Positions 41,304-51,655 of a stretch of 64,000 bases of DNA are shown here, one piece after another; position 1 is the first letter of the stretch; every line of letters starts with the position of its first letter. The notes under the pieces are model-generated. The model worked only from the letters and a program-made list of their open reading frames with translations, ran no database searches and was not told the origin of the DNA. This DNA comes from Cyanidioschyzon merolae (taxonomy: Eukaryota). The position numbers and the translations under genes were made by a program. The stretch lies in assembly GCA_000091205.1 (NCBI GenBank), contig AP006501.2. One strand, written 5' to 3'.

Positions 41304-44300
41304 TTGAAAAGTTTTCCTGGTCTGGTGCGAGAATCTTCATTTATGGTGGCGGTAGGCAAGTTTCTCGTGAGGAAAATCCGTAGTTTTTTTGGCGCGGTTG
41401 ACCGCGCGCTCTTCTTCATTACGTGTTGGATCTCCGTGAACCCGGTACGCGAAACGAGCCTCTCTGAACAAGACGAGCTTGTCGATGGAGGAAACCTATT
41501 CCTGACTCGGCTGGAGAGCGGCCTAGAACCGAAGCTACGTCATTCTTCCGTACAGAAGATACGTGGTGATGAGGCGCTAGCTGGAGGCATCGCACCTGGG
41601 CACGATGTGTCAACCAAAGGGACATGCTCGGGGCCACATGACCTGCCCCAAAAGCCAAGTGATGCCGCGCGTTTTCCAACGTTTCGTGCTGCGCAGAAAG
41701 CGACGAAGGATGGACGGGGGCCGTCTCTCGACAAGCACCCGGTTGTGGACGGACGTTCCTCGCCAGCTGCGCACGGCGCGCGACCAAAGCATGCGCGTAC
41801 CCCCACGAGAAAAGTGTGGCGCCAACATCGCTTTCGACGTGTCGACGCTGATGCTGTCGACGATGCTTATCCCAGAAATAAAGCACCGGCTGCACCGAGC
41901 GAGACATTTTCCCGTACGGACACCAAGCAATGGATCCGAGAAATCCGGGATATCTACGCGAGTCGTATTTCGTTTCCGCGGCACAAGTACGAGGTATTCC
42001 GCCCTTCGCAGCTGAATTTTGTAGTCATCACGCTTTGGGGGCTCATCTTTGTAGCGGTAGCGCTCGTGATTGCTGTCATTATTTACACGCGCGCGGTGAA
42101 CTCCGATTACTTTCTTTATTCAACAACGTTTCTCTATGTGGCAACAATTGGCAGCATGACCGAATCTGCAATATCCCTTCTGCTTTACCTGTTCTTCTAC
42201 GCGCGAGTCGCCCTGGTGCCGGCACGGGAACGCACACGCATCCAGTACGTCATCGCTGCGATGACGCTGGTGCTCTTCTGGCAAACTGAGCCGTTGACTG
42301 CTCTGCTCCGACTCGCTGATAAGGGTCGACTGACAACCCGTGTGCCGCGAGTAGTTGTCGCGTTCCAGTTAGTAGGCAACTCTGCGTTTTACATCGGTAC
42401 CATTGGTTTCATGCTTGTTGTCTGCCACCTTTACCGAATTCGCGAAACGCTGCCTCTTAACTGGCTGATCTTCTTGGGTCCCAAACTTGTTCTCGTTTGC
42501 ACACTCCTGGCGCTCAGCTTTGTACTGTTTTTCGTTGGTCGTGTGATGCCGTCACGCTTGCCGTTGCTGTCGCTCATCGCTCTAGCTCGTGCGGGACGCG
42601 CAACAGGTCTCTGGGCTCGGAAAGCACTCAGCATCGTTGCGGTGCTTACGTTGTGTGAGCTCTACGCGCTCGTTGCGGTCCTGTACGAGATCCGCCGCAC
42701 CTGGCGCTGTTTGAACACAGAGCCGTACACCACGTCGCGGGCGCGACAACTCGGATTCCGGCTCTTTCTCTACACCACCGGCTTGGCGTATTTTGTTTTA
42801 TGGATACTCTTAATCCTTATTGTTTCCATTTGTCCTATGAGTTTCAGTATCGCTTACTACTACATCATGCTCTCATATGATCGGCTTCCATCCTTCTACA
42901 CCGACAACAGTCGAGTAGAACGCTTTCTTGCCTCTGTTTACTTCAATCCGCTCTTTTCGTCCTCTCTGTACTTTATTCTGAATTCCATCACCATCGCGAT
43001 AATGATTTGCAATGTACTGATTTACTTGCCTCCGGAGACACCCGCACTGTTCGCGAAAATCGTCTGTTGCCTCGCTACGAGCCGCAAAGACGTTCTGTCT
43101 AATTATCTGTGTTGTCGCGATGAGCCGCGACCGTTCTTCCGCTGGGGTCCACGCCAAACCTCCCACGGTACCGTAGATGCACCGCCGTCGATCGCTTCGT
43201 TGCCAACTGGACAAGGCGTGACGCGCTGCGACGCATACCCGGTCTCGTGTCCGATCGAGGCTCAAGTACAGGCACCGAACATCATGGCACCGGTGGGTTC
43301 TTCAAAGCCCGTTGCCGGAACTTCATTGGATACGCTGACGACGAATGATGCCACCATGGCGAGCACCAACGAAAACCAGTTGCATCGGGCTCAAGCAGGA
43401 CTCTGGAAGCCCAACGGGGATACGCCCTCGAGAGACTCTGGTACTGCGGGCGCATTAGCAACCCGTATACCCGTGTTGCGACGCTACGTGTTCTCTGTCG
43501 AGACCATGGTGGAGCAGTTCAACCTATCGTGGCTCGCCTACGTTCTAGATCCTGCAAGGTGCTCTGGGCGTTTCATCCAGTCGCAACGTTTCTGGCGCGA
43601 CTCGCTTGAACTCTTCTACGACGCCGCCACCGATACGCTGGGATACATCCTGGAGGCCGACGATCGCATCGTTCTTTCGTTCCGCGGGACTCGTTCCCGC
43701 CGCAACCTCCAAACAGATATGCAGACTCGTCTGGTGCCTCTGCGCTTCCCGAACGGGGATATGGATCACGCTCTCTATCAGTACCTGCTCCGTTGCGGAA
43801 AGTACTACAATCGAAAAGATGCCCGCTGGAGTCCAGTAATGCACATCTCCGATACGGCACTGCGACTAGAGCGGTACCTTCGATTTCGCGCTCGCTCCGA
43901 CCGACCGCGGGTGCACGAGGGTTTCCTTGCCAGCTACCTCACGTTGTGTGAAGCGCTTGAGCGAGCGCTGACCCAGCGCTATCAAAGGAATCCCCGGCCG
44001 GTGCTCATCTCTGGTCACTCGTTGGGCGGGGCACTCGCGAACCTCGCTGCGCTGCATCTCGCCATTCACCTGCAGCTTGGTCAAGACTCGTTGATGTTGA
44101 CGACCTTTGGCTCACCACGAGTAGGCGACCTCCATTTTGCGCGACTGCTGGACTATTTGGTGCCCATTCATTTCCGTGTGACGAATGCTGCCGATGTTGT
44201 GGCACGGCTGCCGTTCACGGGCCTCGGTGGATGGTTCGCCTGCGGGGGCGCAGCGTACGCCCACGCTGGAGTCCAGGTGCTCTTGAACAAGCATGGACTG

Positions 44301-44696
44301 CTGCGGGTGGATCCCTCGGTCGTTGAGCTGGAGTTCCAGTTTCGAGTTGGAGCCTACATTGAGCCCCATCTCAAGCGCGGATATAAGCGCAGCATCGAAG
44401 CCTGGGCGCAACGCTCCGGGAATGACGGATGGCAACCCGACTTGTGGGTATTCCCCAAGAAGAAGAGGATGTTCGGCCTTGGAAGCGGGCCGCAAGAAGA
44501 GAACGACATTGTGCTGGATACAGGTGAAGATGAAATCAAAGAAGATGAAAGCACGAGCAAGGTTCATGAAATGATCGAAGCGGAAGCGGCACTTGAGGAG
44601 AATATGGACGTTCTCGCCAATGAAGGAGAAATTCGAAACCTTGTGCGCGGCATGACTTGGCGTGTGCTTTCTCAGGGCTGGTTGTCATCGTCCTGA
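41304..44696 (+). CDS. Multi-pass membrane protein with a C-terminal class-3 (fungal-type) lipase domain, diacylglycerol-lipase-like architecture.
   Basis: 1130-aa ORF. At least eight hydrophobic predicted TM segments lie between about aa 230 and 570. Then comes a lipase_3 domain with the GHSLGGALANLAALHL nucleophile elbow and the downstream DVVARLP motif. The first approximately 200 aa are low-complexity, so the true start may be an internal Met. Confidence 0.75.
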   Translation: MKSFPGLVRESSFMVAVGKFLVRKIRSFFGAVDRALFFITCWISVNPVRETSLSEQDELVDGGNLFLTRLESGLEPKLRHSSVQKIRGDEALAGGIAPGHDVSTKGTCSGPHDLPQKPSDAARFPTFRAAQKATKDGRGPSLDKHPVVDGRSSPAAHGARPKHARTPTRKVWRQHRFRRVDADAVDDAYPRNKAPAAPSETFSRTDTKQWIREIRDIYASRISFPRHKYEVFRPSQLNFVVITLWGLIFVAVALVIAVIIYTRAVNSDYFLYSTTFLYVATIGSMTESAISLLLYLFFYARVALVPARERTRIQYVIAAMTLVLFWQTEPLTALLRLADKGRLTTRVPRVVVAFQLVGNSAFYIGTIGFMLVVCHLYRIRETLPLNWLIFLGPKLVLVCTLLALSFVLFFVGRVMPSRLPLLSLIALARAGRATGLWARKALSIVAVLTLCELYALVAVLYEIRRTWRCLNTEPYTTSRARQLGFRLFLYTTGLAYFVLWILLILIVSICPMSFSIAYYYIMLSYDRLPSFYTDNSRVERFLASVYFNPLFSSSLYFILNSITIAIMICNVLIYLPPETPALFAKIVCCLATSRKDVLSNYLCCRDEPRPFFRWGPRQTSHGTVDAPPSIASLPTGQGVTRCDAYPVSCPIEAQVQAPNIMAPVGSSKPVAGTSLDTLTTNDATMASTNENQLHRAQAGLWKPNGDTPSRDSGTAGALATRIPVLRRYVFSVETMVEQFNLSWLAYVLDPARCSGRFIQSQRFWRDSLELFYDAATDTLGYILEADDRIVLSFRGTRSRRNLQTDMQTRLVPLRFPNGDMDHALYQYLLRCGKYYNRKDARWSPVMHISDTALRLERYLRFRARSDRPRVHEGFLASYLTLCEALERALTQRYQRNPRPVLISGHSLGGALANLAALHLAIHLQLGQDSLMLTTFGSPRVGDLHFARLLDYLVPIHFRVTNAADVVARLPFTGLGGWFACGGAAYAHAGVQVLLNKHGLLRVDPSVVELEFQFRVGAYIEPHLKRGYKRSIEAWAQRSGNDGWQPDLWVFPKKKRMFGLGSGPQEENDIVLDTGEDEIKEDESTSKVHEMIEAEAALEENMDVLANEGEIRNLVRGMTWRVLSQGWLSSS

Positions 44697-45859
44697 TCAC
44701 CGGGAATGCAAGCATGATCCCGAGTGCGCCTGGCTTCTTGTGGACCGTACGCTTGAACCCGGATATGCCGCCCACGATGCCTGTTGTCAGTTCGCACCTG
44801 GAGGTTGGCCTCTGCCGACATTCGGCTTGACACGCAAGCACAAGAACGAAAGGCATGCGCGCTGGTGTGAACAGTGTTACTGGCGTCCTTGACGACAACA
44901 ATATTCGCTGTGCTCACCACGGGCCGTCACCGGCGCTCGCGCTCACACAGCGAACATCCTTGAGCGTGCAACGCAGCGTTGCTGTACACACACCGGCGTG
45001 CTGCGAGCAGGCGGCTGGAGACAAGTCCGCGCGTCAACGATTTCAGCAGGTCATACCTTCTAAAGCACTTGTTTGCACGCGTTTCCCAAGTGACGCATCA
45101 TGCCCAGAGACTCCAGTTGTATCGGTGTTCCTTCGACAACGAGGATTGCGTTCAGATGTTAGCGAAGCGCATAGGGTCTGCTTCGGATGCGCAGCGCCGC
45201 ATTCCCCCGTTTGGGGATCGCTCGAGTCCAGCGGCCTTTTCTCACATGGGACAACGCGTACTCCCCGAGTTCACGAGGCCACGCTCCACCCTAATCGCTC
45301 AGCGTCGCAGTCGAGTCCCCGTTCGAGCCGGTATCCTGTATGCTTTCGCCTGTGAACGGCGACTACAGGCTGCGACTTTGATGCCGTCCGCACCAGCCAG
45401 CACGAGCAGCGACCACAAATCACTTCGCCCGACGCTGACTTGCGCCTAGCCACGAACGATATCGACGAGGCACGTGTCAGTACTGGACGGAAACCCGCAG
45501 ATGACGCCTCCTGTGAGGTATGCGCCGCTTGATGACAGTGATCGCGTGGAGATGTCCTCAACGACGCTGCAACGATCGCGGCAATGCGTCGCTGCCCATT
45601 CAGCGCACACACCGCGTGATCAACGTAAAACGGCTACGCATTCGGACGATGCCTGTACATGCCAACGAACGAGACTGGCATCCTAAACGATATGTCTGGG
45701 GGAGCTTGCGCTCGTGCAGGCGTCTGACGCCGTGCTCAGCGTCTGCCGGGTGCGCCTATAACTCCATACGGCATGCGTCGCTTTCAGTGCACAAGACCGC
45801 GTCATTGTAACAACAAGCTCCAGTGCGAGTGCAGAATACATGCAGGTCCATGGATGCTC

Positions 45860-46615
45860 CTAGGGTTTTAGCATGGATAGATTGCCTTCGAGCGAGGCCA
45901 ATTCGAGCTGCATAGACTTTGGCAACAGATCGCGCGGACGGTGCTGTTGTCGATCTAGCAGCTGCCAAGCCTCTTCGTCTGCATAGGAGACTAGGAGCTG
46001 CAGCACGGGCATTCTTGCTTCCGAACACGCGACATGGAGCACATTCTGGCCTGTTTTCTCGTTGACGTTCGAGATGCGGGCTCCGAGCTCCAGCAGCAGC
46101 TGAACTGCTTCCAGGTGCCCGGCACTCGTCGCCCGCATAAGCGCAGTGTTTCCGTACGTATCCGTTTTTTCGAGGTCAACCGGGACACCACTCGAAAGCA
46201 ACTCCTTCAAAGTGTCCAGGTTGCCCTTCGATGCCGCGAGCAGCACAGGCGTTGCGCCTGTGTGCGTCTCTGCGAGTAGCGCTGCGGATAACTGGCGACG
46301 TCCAGCCAGCGCTTGCAGCAGCGCTCGCACGACAGCTACGCCCTCGGGTCCGGAAACCGTAGAAGCGATATGAAGCGCACTCCAGCCAGCGTCGTCTTGC
46401 AGCAGAGCATCTGCCCCGTGGCTTAAAAGCAGTGGAACGAGTCTTCGTCTCAGGGCAGCGGCCCAGTGCAACGCTGTTCTACCTTCGGTGTCGCGGTCGT
46501 TGACGCTTTCCGGTGACGTTTCCAAAACGTTTTCCAGACCCGCAGTGTCGTCCCTGTTCAGCGCATCAAATATTGCTGGCAAACCTTTCGTATTCACCCA
46601 GATCGGATTTGACAT
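45860..46615 (-). CDS. Ankyrin-repeat protein (gankyrin/PSMD10-like size).
   Basis: 251-aa ORF with six or seven ANK repeats (GRTALHWAAA, GWSALHIAS, GATPVLLAASKGNLDTLKELL, GNTALMRATSAGHLEAVQLLLELGA, GQNVLHVAC). Confidence 0.7.
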   Translation of the reverse strand: MSNPIWVNTKGLPAIFDALNRDDTAGLENVLETSPESVNDRDTEGRTALHWAAALRRRLVPLLLSHGADALLQDDAGWSALHIASTVSGPEGVAVVRALLQALAGRRQLSAALLAETHTGATPVLLAASKGNLDTLKELLSSGVPVDLEKTDTYGNTALMRATSAGHLEAVQLLLELGARISNVNEKTGQNVLHVACSEARMPVLQLLVSYADEEAWQLLDRQQHRPRDLLPKSMQLELASLEGNLSMLKP

Positions 46616-46828
46616 GAAAAGGTTCCGCGGGCAACGTTTATCACATCAGTTTGACCCAAGTGCCTCGCTCTCGCTACGAAACGCAGTCCCGGATGCAGCG
46701 TCGACCGTACAGAACGCGACCACTGCACTGGAAGCGCAGACGCTGCGCTTCGTGGAGTACGTCTTATAGTGCGTGTAGCTGCTGGGGTGTCCAGTGCGGG
46801 CGGACAACACACGCCTATGTCATAGACT

Positions 46829-48775
46829 GTGATGGAAAACTCGAAGCTGGATGATACGAACGAAGCCGTGGAAGATGAAGCGCAGCGTCCGCGAGCAGCG
46901 GTCGTTGACCCGACGCTTCAAGGAGCACTGGAGCGGCATCGCAGACTCGCCGCTGGGATGCATAGTCTGTCTGAACTCTTTCTAAAAGCACGAGTTGTGG
47001 TTCAGAGAGCGCTGGAGTCCGATGTTCTGATGAAAGAGTGTCCGCAGCTGGGCGTAACCGCCACGCGGTACGACGCACCTGGACAGGCTGGAGGTGCACC
47101 TGCCGCGGCCCCAGCTGCTGTGGCTACCGCTGACGGCCTGGGTCCGACAAACGTGGTTCACGTTACGATTTCAGAACGGGAACCTGATCCCAGCTGCACA
47201 ACACCAGGTCTAACGGGAACTCCCGACCAAAACGGAGACCGTCTAAGGCACGACGCTCGGGCGGAAGCGCAGGCCCCGGTCGTGGTGTGCTCTCGGGGTA
47301 TCACCTTGAACTTGGTGCTTGCTGCGCTGGAGGCACAGGAAAAGCCCCCCCTGAGCTTCGCCCTGGGGGTGCTCGGCTGGGACTTGCAGCAGACCCCTGA
47401 CTTTGGAGACAAACCCAACGAGCTTGTGGACCTGCAACTCGTGTTAGCGGGTCGTCGCTGTCTCGCTGAACAGTGCGCGAAGCTGTTGCGCGGGGCTGGA
47501 CTCGTTGCCGAACACACCAACGGGGATGTATGTCAAGTTGCCAGCATGCTGGAGTTGCGCATCGATCTTCCGCTAGGTAGCCTGCGTTTTACCGATGGAC
47601 CGGTCATGGACTGGGAAGCATGGTGCGGGGCGCTGCCTCTGGACCGGTGTTTCCGATGGCAGTCATCGCAAACGGCTCTGCAAAGCGCGGCAACTGCTGC
47701 GAGGGAGTCGAGTCGGTCTGATCAGCAGTTGGAGCAGAGCGAGACGAGTCCGAAGGCTCCGTTGTCGCCACAGCGTTCCGCAGACGGACGCCAAGCGAAA
47801 CGTGGACTCGATGAGACGCACGTCTTCCCTATGACCGATACCGCTGCACTAGCACCTGAAAAGCAGCAGCGATCAGCGCGTCGATATCGTTCCTCGCAGG
47901 GAGCCGCAAGTTCGCCACATAAATCGGCGCCGAAACAAGCTGTTGAGACCTTGCGGAAACGCGGTCGCTCGAGAGCATCACCGGTCGCAGCAGCGGATCC
48001 TAACCACGACGAAAGCACCCGATCCGCACATCAGTCAGAAGTTCCTGAACTCGTCCACAAGGCATTCCCGTCAAGCGATGAACATGCATCCTGGCGAGAA
48101 ACAGCCCGAGTCTGGCTCAACGAGCTCCTGCATGACCCTACCTGGGAGCCGTTCTGGGCACCTGTATCCAAAGAGGAGGTACCTGATTATTACGAATATA
48201 TTCGGAAACCCATGGATTTAACGACTATGAGGCAACGACTCGAAAGCGGACAATATCCATCTTTGGAAAAGTTTATGGAAGATGCGAATCTAGTCTGGCG
48301 CAACGCAGTCTCTTACAACCGTCCGCGGAGCGCTGTTTGGCACACAGCGAAGCAGTTCAAAAAAGTTGTCGCAACACAGCTTGCGTCGATGAAGGAGTCT
48401 GCTTTGACGCAGACGACTCGCAAAGCGCGTTCCGCACACTCGCTAAGAACACATGCGGTGCAGCAGGGGCCACCCGGCTCAGGTGCCAGCGGAGGCATTC
48501 ATCATCAGAACATGCCCCGCAAGTTTCGTGGCGATCGACACCCATCCACGGTAGAGGCGGAAGCGCCGGCTCTCAGCAGCAGCCCCGTTCATGGTGAGAG
48601 ACGCCCTAGGTCTGCTCGAAAATCCTCCGCAACGCAAGCGGATCCTGAGCCAGCTGCGCCCACGGGCACAACTGCTCGCCCGGAAGCAGGTACGCGGAAG
48701 CGTTCACCGGACACATCTCGTACGGAGCGGCATACGATGGCGACGCGTCAGGATCGGCGCCTTCGCAAGCGATGA
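46829..48775 (+). CDS. Bromodomain-containing protein.
   Basis: 648-aa ORF. The bromodomain is …WEPFWAPVSKEEVPDYYEYIRKPMDLTTMRQRLESGQYPSLEKFMEDANLVWRNAVSYNRPRSAVWHTAKQF… (P-x-YY-x-I-x-PMDL…Y…F…D..L…N…YN). The remainder is low-complexity. Confidence 0.75.
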   Translation: MMENSKLDDTNEAVEDEAQRPRAAVVDPTLQGALERHRRLAAGMHSLSELFLKARVVVQRALESDVLMKECPQLGVTATRYDAPGQAGGAPAAAPAAVATADGLGPTNVVHVTISEREPDPSCTTPGLTGTPDQNGDRLRHDARAEAQAPVVVCSRGITLNLVLAALEAQEKPPLSFALGVLGWDLQQTPDFGDKPNELVDLQLVLAGRRCLAEQCAKLLRGAGLVAEHTNGDVCQVASMLELRIDLPLGSLRFTDGPVMDWEAWCGALPLDRCFRWQSSQTALQSAATAARESSRSDQQLEQSETSPKAPLSPQRSADGRQAKRGLDETHVFPMTDTAALAPEKQQRSARRYRSSQGAASSPHKSAPKQAVETLRKRGRSRASPVAAADPNHDESTRSAHQSEVPELVHKAFPSSDEHASWRETARVWLNELLHDPTWEPFWAPVSKEEVPDYYEYIRKPMDLTTMRQRLESGQYPSLEKFMEDANLVWRNAVSYNRPRSAVWHTAKQFKKVVATQLASMKESALTQTTRKARSAHSLRTHAVQQGPPGSGASGGIHHQNMPRKFRGDRHPSTVEAEAPALSSSPVHGERRPRSARKSSATQADPEPAAPTGTTARPEAGTRKRSPDTSRTERHTMATRQDRRLRKR

Positions 48776-48928
48776 GCATTGCAGCATGACCAGTGAATGG
48801 ACGCTCGAGGCCAGTCGCGTATCGCTGCGCTTTGTGTGGCGGTCCATGAAAGCATACTTTACGGCACGCTGGCGAGGCGGTATTTCACCTGACAAGTCGG
48901 AGCTCACGGCAACGCCGGGCCGTACACC

Positions 48929-49633
48929 TCACAGACCGTACTGGGAGGCATGGTTCACTTCGACACGCGAACGGGAATCCGTCGCTAGTGGACGCGCCTC
49001 GTAGACCGCAGCCACTGGTGCTCTCCGATAGCCAGTGGCCTTGCCGTAAAAGCCGATGTGCTCAATCGCGGTGCTCCCGTCGTCCCCGCTGAGGTTCCCC
49101 GGGAAGAACAACGTCACACGCTGAACATTCTGGAACTTTGCTGGTCGTGTTGCGTAAAGTGGTTCCACCTCTGGTCGATGGGGTCCAGCCAATTCCCAGC
49201 TCTGAGTGCACGCCATCTGCTCGACCGTTGCAAAGTCCACATCGTCTCGATTCACGTAAGCGCGCATGGTGGCGGGCCAGCGAGCCTCCTCCGCGGCTGG
49301 TCCAGTGACACCGATGTGTGTGATCTTGACCGTCACCGAAAACGGCACGACGATAATCAGCTGCTGGTCGGCAACGCTACGGCAGAGGTAGGTCTCACCT
49401 GGTCTGCGCTGGTGGTACGGAACGAGAGCGCGCGAAGCAGCACCGCCGTCGTTTAGCGCCGTCACCCGGCTCAAGTCTATATAAGGGTAGAGGTTCGACT
49501 GCTGAAGCAGTGAACGCGCTTCCTCCTCCGTCGGGGGCGGCGGAGCGTGACCATCGGTACCGTGCGTGCTGCAGCCGCACCCACTGTGTCCTTCTGCCCC
49601 GTGATGTTGGTGGAAGTGACCGTCGTCGGCCAT
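48929..49633 (-). CDS. PITH-domain protein (PITHD1-like).
   Basis: 234-aa ORF. The His/Cys-rich N-terminus (HFHQHHGAEGHSGCGCSTHG) resembles the PITHD1 N-terminus (HGHSHGGGGCRCA). The PITH/galactose-binding-like body follows (…NLYPYIDLSRVTALN…LIIVVPFSVTVKITHIGVTG…). Confidence 0.75.
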   Translation of the reverse strand: MADDGHFHQHHGAEGHSGCGCSTHGTDGHAPPPPTEEEARSLLQQSNLYPYIDLSRVTALNDGGAASRALVPYHQRRPGETYLCRSVADQQLIIVVPFSVTVKITHIGVTGPAAEEARWPATMRAYVNRDDVDFATVEQMACTQSWELAGPHRPEVEPLYATRPAKFQNVQRVTLFFPGNLSGDDGSTAIEHIGFYGKATGYRRAPVAAVYEARPLATDSRSRVEVNHASQYGL

Positions 49634-49820
49634 TAGTGGACCAAAGTACCTGAAGTTATGCCGCGTACCTAACGCTTTGCATTCGCCGGCTTGAACGCAA
49701 CACTGAACAGCTGTTTCAACCCTGCTCTTTTGAATGCAGGCAAGGGAAACAACCAGTCAACAAGCTAGCGTCTTCAGACTCGGTTACGCTCTCCGACACC
49801 AGCACCGACAGCTTCGCGAA

Positions 49821-49864
49821 GCACCAGCACTTGCACCAGCACTTGCACCAGCACTTGCACCAGC
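49821..49864. repeat. 12-mer microsatellite (GCACCAGCACTT), about 3.6 copies.
   Basis: Direct reading: gcaccagcacttgcaccagcacttgcaccagcacttgcaccagcc. Confidence 0.9.
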
Positions 49865-50430
49865 CAAGGAGGAGCTGCAGCTGCGACTGTGTCTCTCAGC
49901 ATCTAGTTCTGTCTCATAGTATTTCACATTGTCTCATCGTACACCATACGCGCATGCGCGATTGCTATCGATTGCAAGCAAAGCGGCGAGTACGCCTCGC
50001 GCTCACGAAAGCGCTGCAATCGATGGAGCTCGGAACATGATTCTCGTTGGGAATGTTGACCGATAAATCGTTTGCACGGGCGCCGCAACATCGATATATG
50101 ATAAAAAGGTGGCGAGTTGACGCAACGCATCTGCCGATTCTTGCTTATCCGTGTGCCGATGAATACAGCGGACGGCTCGACGAGCCCCTGACACCAGAAG
50201 TCTATCGCAGACTAAAGGCGTCCGCCGCACCCAGCTCTGCTGAACGGAAACTCATGAACAGCTTGACTGTCTCTGCAACCAACGCGAAAGCCGACTCTGC
50301 CGAGTCAACTGCTCTGGCAGGTCATTGAAGAATAATACCCGCATGCAGCTGTGCGCTCACAAGAATCGTAGCGCCCAACGTTGAAACCATCCAACGCACG
50401 CGACGCTGTACGGGATATTGGCGTAGCGCG

Positions 50431-50672
50431 CGCATCCCAAGTGACATGTGCACTGGCGAAACGCGTGCACTAGCCATGTGTCCCTTTGGACAGCGCGTTA
50501 CGTCGCAGGCTGATGGCGATCTGCAAGGCACAGACGCCACATGACACCAGCGCATCCCAAGTGACATGTGCACTGGCGAAACGCGTGCACTAGCCATGTG
50601 TCCCTTTGGACAGCGCGTTACGTCGCAGGTTGATGACGATCTGCAAGGCACAGACGCCACCTGACACCAGCG
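50431..50672. repeat. Tandem duplication of a 120-bp unit (2 copies, about 97% identical).
   Basis: 50431-50550 is repeated at 50551-50670 with three or four mismatches. ORF 50322..50660(-) is an artefact of the duplication. Confidence 0.9.
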
Positions 50673-51655
50673 CTCGCGACAGCTGCACGCTTCTGCGCAT
50701 GCCCGGCGACTGCGCTGCTCAACTTGACCTGCTTCGCAGTTGCGCGGATGGGGCGAGCAGACGGCTATCGCGGCGGCGGTTCACGCTTATATGCATGCAA
50801 GCTCGTATGCAATCCGTATCCGAACCATGAGTCGCTCACCAGTGAAGCGCTGAGACGTCAGTCCCAGAGACCATCCAGCGTCATTGGATCTCCGCAATCG
50901 CCTTAGGCTGCTTTCCAAACGTAGGGATCGACGCGAGGTTCTTGATCTGCGCCAAAACGTTGAGAGTGAGCTTTCACCGTTGCAGCGCACGGTGACTACG
51001 TGAGCTGGCGAGTCTGCCCTACACTGGTCAGCAGCGAACGCAGACAATATGCGTACCTAGGACACTGCTCGTGAAATTGGACGATTCAGAGTCTGCGGCA
51101 TCTCTTGAAACTGGCTTTGACGTTCTACGGTTGATGCAAGAGACGCTGGCGCCCTGTATGTTGCGCGTATGTGCCATGTCGCGTGCACTCGCCGCAGGCT
51201 TCTCCAGTGCTGCACCGTGAATACTAGCAGGTTATTCTGGAAAGCCATACGCATATTGCAGTCATCGTTGCGGCATCGGGCACCCTTAACGTACATATGA
51301 TTCCAGCGTAGTTCACGACGAGTGCATATCGAGCTGGATGCTAGGCTGCGGTACGCGCAGGAGAGCGCAAACGAGGCTATCAGGGGCGCTTCCAGCGCAG
51401 ATGCAGCGTATTGGGATTAAAATGTACAAGTATGGACATAGCACCCAACCGTTTGAATTTTCAAAGCGCTTCATCACAGCGGCGCGCGCGCCTTGCAAGC
51501 GGCGCTCCTGTGCGATACGGAACAGCTCCGCAGGCTTTACAGCGTCTGCGACACCGTGAAACCAAAATACCCACAAATTCGTCACTTTTTTCTACCTCTG
51601 ATTTAATTATCAGGCGTGTGCACCACAGAAACTCGGACGCACGTACGGGAGGCCG

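Noticed and set aside
50431-50672. Regular direct repeats that might be read as a CRISPR array (also the 60484-60625 minisatellite).
   Set aside because: The context is eukaryotic nuclear DNA. The units (120 bp, and 13-14 bp) lack the repeat-spacer alternation and size range of CRISPR arrays, and no cas genes are present.
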